The notes beneath the pieces were generated by a model. The model was given only the letters and a program-made list of their open reading frames with translations, made no database searches and had not been told where the DNA came from. This document shows, one piece after another, positions 8,780 to 11,875 of a DNA stretch of 11,875 nucleotides. The DNA is from Chlamydiia bacterium (GTDB lineage: Bacteria > Chlamydiota > Chlamydiia > Chlamydiales > JBMOFD01), in contig JBMOFD010000060.1 in assembly GCA_049314435.1 (NCBI GenBank), forward strand, positions 1 through 11,875, in the 5' to 3' direction. Each line of letters begins with the position of its first letter. The stretch's first letter is position 1. A program made the translations under genes and the position numbers.

Positions 8780-9048
8780 GGGGGCACGTTGCAACCGATC
8801 TTGGATCTTCTTACACATGGAGATGGGAAGAATGAAGATTGAGATCGAGTGATTCCTCGACCGTCGGTTGAATGTGTGCTCCCTTTGTGGCGCGTACCTC
8901 TTCGCCGGATAGGAAAAGCCCCCGTGCAAGGCCAGATCTGAGTGCCCCTTGTGGGTAACTCCCCTTGGCCGGAGTAAAGCTGAGTGTTCTCGGTGGGGTT
9001 GAGGCACAGTCTCTAATCGAACATTCTTCCCTTTTTTTATGGAGGAGT
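8780..9048 (+). ncRNA. Candidate structured RNA or cis-regulatory leader, family unassigned
   Basis: Non-coding gap with many stems whose mismatches are G-U pairs on the + strand: 8780-8788/8875-8883, 8796-8810/8834-8847, 8825-8834/9022-9031 (perfect 10 bp), 8855-8862/8997-9004 and 8930-8934/8966-8970. T7 tract at 9032-9038. Confidence 0.45.
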
Positions 9049-9054
9049 TGGTTC

Positions 9055-9354
9055 ATGCGGCGCACCCTGGAACAGCAGGTTCTCGAACACGCAAGCCCCG
9101 AGAGACTACGTCTTTTACATTCGGCTCAAGCCCTGAACTTACGACTCAAAACCGAGCGCCATCTTCCAAGTGGCTATCGCGATGTATTGGGTAACGTTCT
9201 CCAAGTCCTCATCACCACCATCGACACCTCTCGCGATGTGGGGCACTGGCGTGCCGCTACGGAGTGCTGGAACTCGATTGCCTGCCAGGTCAACGATCGC
9301 TTTCCCTTGGATGTTCCCCTGCAGAGGATCGAACCTCCTCGTCCAGGCGTATAA
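9055..9354 (+). CDS. Small hypothetical protein (99 aa, soluble, helical-looking)
   Basis: Strong SD GGAGGAG (9041-9047) 7 nt before ATG 9055 (MRRTLEQQVLEH...PPRPGV). No recognisable motif. The ORF-track start at 8965 lies within the structured leader and is unlikely. Confidence 0.65.
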   Translation: MRRTLEQQVLEHASPERLRLLHSAQALNLRLKTERHLPSGYRDVLGNVLQVLITTIDTSRDVGHWRAATECWNSIACQVNDRFPLDVPLQRIEPPRPGV

Positions 9355-9366
9355 TTAATATATTTA

Positions 9367-9447
9367 CTGGTGAGGTGCCGAATGGGTGCCTCCTTACCGG
9401 ACGAATGGAGTCCAGCCGAGTAGGACCACGCTACTCCGCTGGACTCC
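9367..9447. repeat. Two adjacent inverted repeats (hairpins) downstream of the 99-aa ORF
   Basis: CTGGTGAGG (9367-9375) / CCTTACCGG (9392-9400); GGAGTCCAGC-C-GAGTAG (9407-9423) / CTACTC-C-GCTGGACTCC (9431-9447), 16 of 17 bp paired with a 7-nt loop. Confidence 0.75.
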
Positions 9448-9601
9448 GACCATCATGCTTCCTCTATATTGTCGTTTTTAGTTGTCAGATCCCTGGTCCA
9501 CCATTAGGTCGACTGTCCCCACGGCAATAGCAATAGCCGGGCCTTCAGTTGAGAGAATTTCCCTATCGATCCCGATTTCAGGGTGTTTGGCTTGATGAAT
9601 G

Positions 9602-9656
9602 CTTTAAAATAGCGTGCTATGCTCTGCGACAGATTAAAACTCCATGAGGGGAATTT
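9602..9656 (+). promoter_or_regulatory. Putative promoter/5' UTR, copy 1 (extended -10 TGcTATGCT)
   Basis: TATGCT at 9618-9623 is preceded by TG and aligns without gaps to TATACT in copy 2. GAGGGG RBS-like sequence before ATG 9657. Confidence 0.5.
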
Positions 9657-10508
9657 ATGGCGTACAGCATCCGTACAGCTACGGCAGCTCAACTCACACC
9701 AGCCGAAGTCAACAGCCTAGGCAACTTTTTGCTGGATGCGGCAAATAGCCATAAGACCGATAGCGAGATAAAAAATGCCTATGATCAGGCTTCTTCAGCC
9801 TTAGACAAATTGAAGTACCATCGGGGTCATTTCAGTGCGGAAAATGTGCCGGTCTGGAACGGCCTAAAGGATCTAGGAGGACGCACAGGTCAAGATGCTG
9901 CAAGGATTGTTACAGCAGCCCGTACTTGGATTCAGGAGTTTCGGACCTGGGCCAAGCCTCTGATTGACCAGCATCGGACTCGTTATCTGCCGGACCAGCC
10001 GTGGAGGATTTACCTTTTGGCCAGGGCTACGGTGGTCGCTCCCGAACCGGCGGAGGGTTCGACCATCCGCAAGGTGGCACGGGCAGTTGGACCTTACTTC
10101 TTCCGCAGCAGTTCTGCGATCGATATCCTCGGTAAGGCGCTGACGGTCGTAGCGGTCTGGATGGGCACCGGCCTCATTGCAAAGGCGGCAATCCTTGCTG
10201 CGGCTGGTCTTACTGCTGTATTGGTCGCGCACTCCCGGTTGAATGTTTTGCACCCTCGTCATGTTCTGAGTGCGCTCCAGGTCATTGCATGTTTGGCTAT
10301 AGGTACGAAGTTGGCGCTGGCGGCGGCGGCCGTGATCGGTGGCAGATATCTGCTCGATGCGGGCTTTAGAGCCGCGTCGAATTTCCGTACCATCGAAAGG
10401 CCTAGTACCACTTGCCTGCAGCAGACACTGGGATTTATTGGTTCGTCGAACAACATCGAAGTAACCTTGCCTGGTGCTGCCATGCGACGCGCTGCCAATG
10501 ATGCCTAG
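9657..10508 (+). CDS. Hypothetical membrane protein, paralog A; two bilobed hydrophobic regions (Inc-like architecture)
   Basis: 283 aa: hydrophilic N-terminal ~150 aa, then hydrophobic hairpins ILGKALTVVAVWMGTGLIAKAAILAAAGLTAVLVA and VLSALQVIACLAIGTKLALAAAAVIGG. Clearly homologous to 10798..11715. Confidence 0.8.
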   Translation: MAYSIRTATAAQLTPAEVNSLGNFLLDAANSHKTDSEIKNAYDQASSALDKLKYHRGHFSAENVPVWNGLKDLGGRTGQDAARIVTAARTWIQEFRTWAKPLIDQHRTRYLPDQPWRIYLLARATVVAPEPAEGSTIRKVARAVGPYFFRSSSAIDILGKALTVVAVWMGTGLIAKAAILAAAGLTAVLVAHSRLNVLHPRHVLSALQVIACLAIGTKLALAAAAVIGGRYLLDAGFRAASNFRTIERPSTTCLQQTLGFIGSSNNIEVTLPGAAMRRAANDA

Positions 10509-10538
10509 GAAACGACAGCCTAGGCCGATCGTTTAGCC

Positions 10539-10601
10539 AAAAAAAAAATGGAGCCGTTCAAGCCTCTTCTCAAGGAGGGAGTTTGAACGGCGTCTTTGTT
10601 T
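10539..10601 (+). terminator. Intrinsic terminator after paralog A, possibly bidirectional
   Basis: Stem GCCGTTCAA (10553-10561) / TTGAACGGC (10583-10591) with an internally paired apex, followed by TCTTTGTTT; A10 run at 10539-10548 on the 5' side. Confidence 0.75.
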
Positions 10602-10636
10602 CCGGCGGGAGCTGAGCTCAGCTAAATATCGGCTGA
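10551..10636 (+). repeat. Conserved ~85-nt 3' element, copy 1
   Basis: GAGCCGTTCAA...GAGGGAG.TTGAACGGC.TCTTTGTTTC...GGGAG.TGAGCTCAGCTAAATATCGGCTGA recurs at 11744-11828. Confidence 0.9.
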
Positions 10637-10740
10637 TCCATCGTACTTGTGCTCAGCTGTCCTCTGCCGCTTGGCTCTCTTGAAATAGGAGAGCTCAATG
10701 AGCCTTCTACCAATTACATTGATGTGGGTCTTAACGACTT

Positions 10741-10797
10741 CTTTATCAAAAAGGGATATACTCTCAGCCAGTTTGAAACTCTATAATAGGAATTTTT
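10741..10797 (+). promoter_or_regulatory. Putative promoter/5' UTR, copy 2 (-10 TATACT)
   Basis: CTTTA...TATACTCT...CAG.TT.AAACTC.AT.A..GGAATTT aligns with 9602-9656; TATACT at 10757-10762. Confidence 0.5.
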
Positions 10798-11715
10798 ATG
10801 ACCTATAGCATCCATTCGGCCACGGCAGCACAACTCACACTAGCCGAAGTCGACAGGTTAAGTGACTTTTTCGTGCATGCGGCAGATAGAGATAAGACCG
10901 ATGACGAAATAAAAAATGCTTATGATCAGGCCTCTTCAGCTCTAGATAAATTGCATGACCATCGCGGCCATGTGATCACAACAATCCCAGTTTGGGATGG
11001 CCTGAAGAATCTAGGTGGCCGTGGTGAGCAAACTGCTGCTACAGTTGCTACAGCTTCTCGCGCATGGATTGGTGAGCTCGGTAGATGGGCAAAACCTCTT
11101 GGGCGTGAACCTTTGAACTGGACGGACAAATACCAAACGATGAAGGCCATCCGTGAATTAACCCAACTGATGGTTGCAGCACCCGAGCCAGTTGAGGGGT
11201 CTACGGTTCGAGCCGTCGCTAGAGCGGCTGAACCTTACCTATACCCCATGTCTCTCGGAGCAGGCGGGTTGGGGTTTGCAATCGTTGGAGTGGCTTTATG
11301 GGGACCGGGTCTATTCGGAAGCGCAGTCGGGCTGCTGTTCGGCGGGTTTCTCGGCATCCGCATGATGCAACAGACGTACAAGGATTGTGATCCGGCGACC
11401 TGTGAAAGACGACCTACAACGCTATTGTCAGTGAAGAATCAAATACGATTCAAGCGCGCTGTCATGGCCTGTGCGGTCATTGTCCTTCTCACGTCTGGTG
11501 TCAAGGCTTTGATGGTAGCGGGAGCTCTCATTGGGTGTGCTGCAGCTCTCATCATTGCTCTCAGAGCAGTGATGAATTTCCGTACTAGTGCACGACCTGA
11601 TACGCGCTTTCTAGAGAGGAAGCTGACCGAGATCGGATCGGGTCTGTTGGAGAAACAACAAGTCCGAGCAGCGCTACCTGCTAGGCAACCAGCTGGTGAG
11701 GAAGTCCCTGCCTAG
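10798..11715 (+). CDS. Hypothetical membrane protein, paralog B; two bilobed hydrophobic regions (Inc-like architecture)
   Basis: 305 aa. About 65 of the first 102 aligned residues are identical to paralog A (hand count), including EIKNAYDQASSALDKL. Hydrophobic hairpins LGAGGLGFAIVGVALWGPGLFGSAVGLLFGGFLGI and AVMACAVIVLLTSGVKALMVAGALIGCAAALIIAL. Confidence 0.8.
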   Translation: MTYSIHSATAAQLTLAEVDRLSDFFVHAADRDKTDDEIKNAYDQASSALDKLHDHRGHVITTIPVWDGLKNLGGRGEQTAATVATASRAWIGELGRWAKPLGREPLNWTDKYQTMKAIRELTQLMVAAPEPVEGSTVRAVARAAEPYLYPMSLGAGGLGFAIVGVALWGPGLFGSAVGLLFGGFLGIRMMQQTYKDCDPATCERRPTTLLSVKNQIRFKRAVMACAVIVLLTSGVKALMVAGALIGCAAALIIALRAVMNFRTSARPDTRFLERKLTEIGSGLLEKQQVRAALPARQPAGEEVPA

Positions 11716-11743
11716 TCGAATCGGTAGACCAAGGAAAAGCAAC

Positions 11744-11828
11744 GAGCCGTTCAATTCTCCTTCCAAAGAGGGAGCTTGAACGGCTTCTTTGTTTCTAGAG
11801 GGAGTGAGCTCAGCTAAATATCGGCTGA
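11744..11828 (+). repeat. Conserved ~85-nt 3' element, copy 2 (terminator hairpin + T-tract + second hairpin)
   Basis: AGCCGTTCAA/TTGAACGGCT stem then TCTTTGTTT, then TGAGCTCAGCTAAATATCGGCTGA, identical to copy 1. Confidence 0.9.
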
Positions 11829-11875
11829 GTCTGCTTGAGGCCCTCTCGATCCAGAACTTCTTGCCCAGCAAAGAC

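Noticed and set aside
8780..9038. SRP RNA, tmRNA, RNase P RNA, 5S rRNA, tRNA or cobalamin riboswitch
   Set aside because: Hallmarks are absent on both strands: no SRP CAGG..GGAA..AGCAG, no T-arm/CCA end, no RNase P GAGGAAAGUCC, no B12 box.
8444..9065. Minus-strand ORFs 8444-9007 and 8811-9065
   Set aside because: Antisense to the HEPN domain and the structured leader; atypical composition and no motifs.
9367..9453. Retron msr-msd interpretation of the hairpins
   Set aside because: No reverse transcriptase in the window and no flanking a1/a2 inverted repeat identified.
10674..10694. Small hairpin GCTCTC/GAGAGC between the paralogs
   Set aside because: Short, single-copy and absent from the second unit; could be chance.
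10551..11828. CRISPR array or integron attC sites
   Set aside because: Only two copies about 1.2 kb apart, no cas or integrase gene in the window, and no convincing RYYYAAC...GTTRRRY box pair. The first hairpin is well explained as a terminator.
11674..11871. Minus-strand 65-aa ORF at the right edge
   Set aside because: It runs through the non-coding repeated terminator element and overlaps paralog B; no coding support, although sequence beyond the window is unseen.

Overview
The left ~7.7 kb is housekeeping: a priA 5' fragment (missed by the ORF track because it runs off the window), a conserved hypothetical gene and ftsY on the minus strand, then a divergent sucC-sucD-M50 protease/TPR operon converging on htrA. 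From memory this gene order resembles Chlamydiae, although the DNA looks unusually GC-rich for that phylum. The right ~3.9 kb is accessory. It holds a single-chain MNT-HEPN fusion with intact GSX10DXD and RX4HXY motifs, a ~270-nt structured non-coding region with mutually exclusive folds in front of a 99-aa orphan ORF, and further strong hairpins. It ends with a tandem duplication of a whole transcription unit: promoter, Inc-like four-TM gene, and a two-hairpin 3' element. All calls come from reading the sequence by eye; no searches were run.
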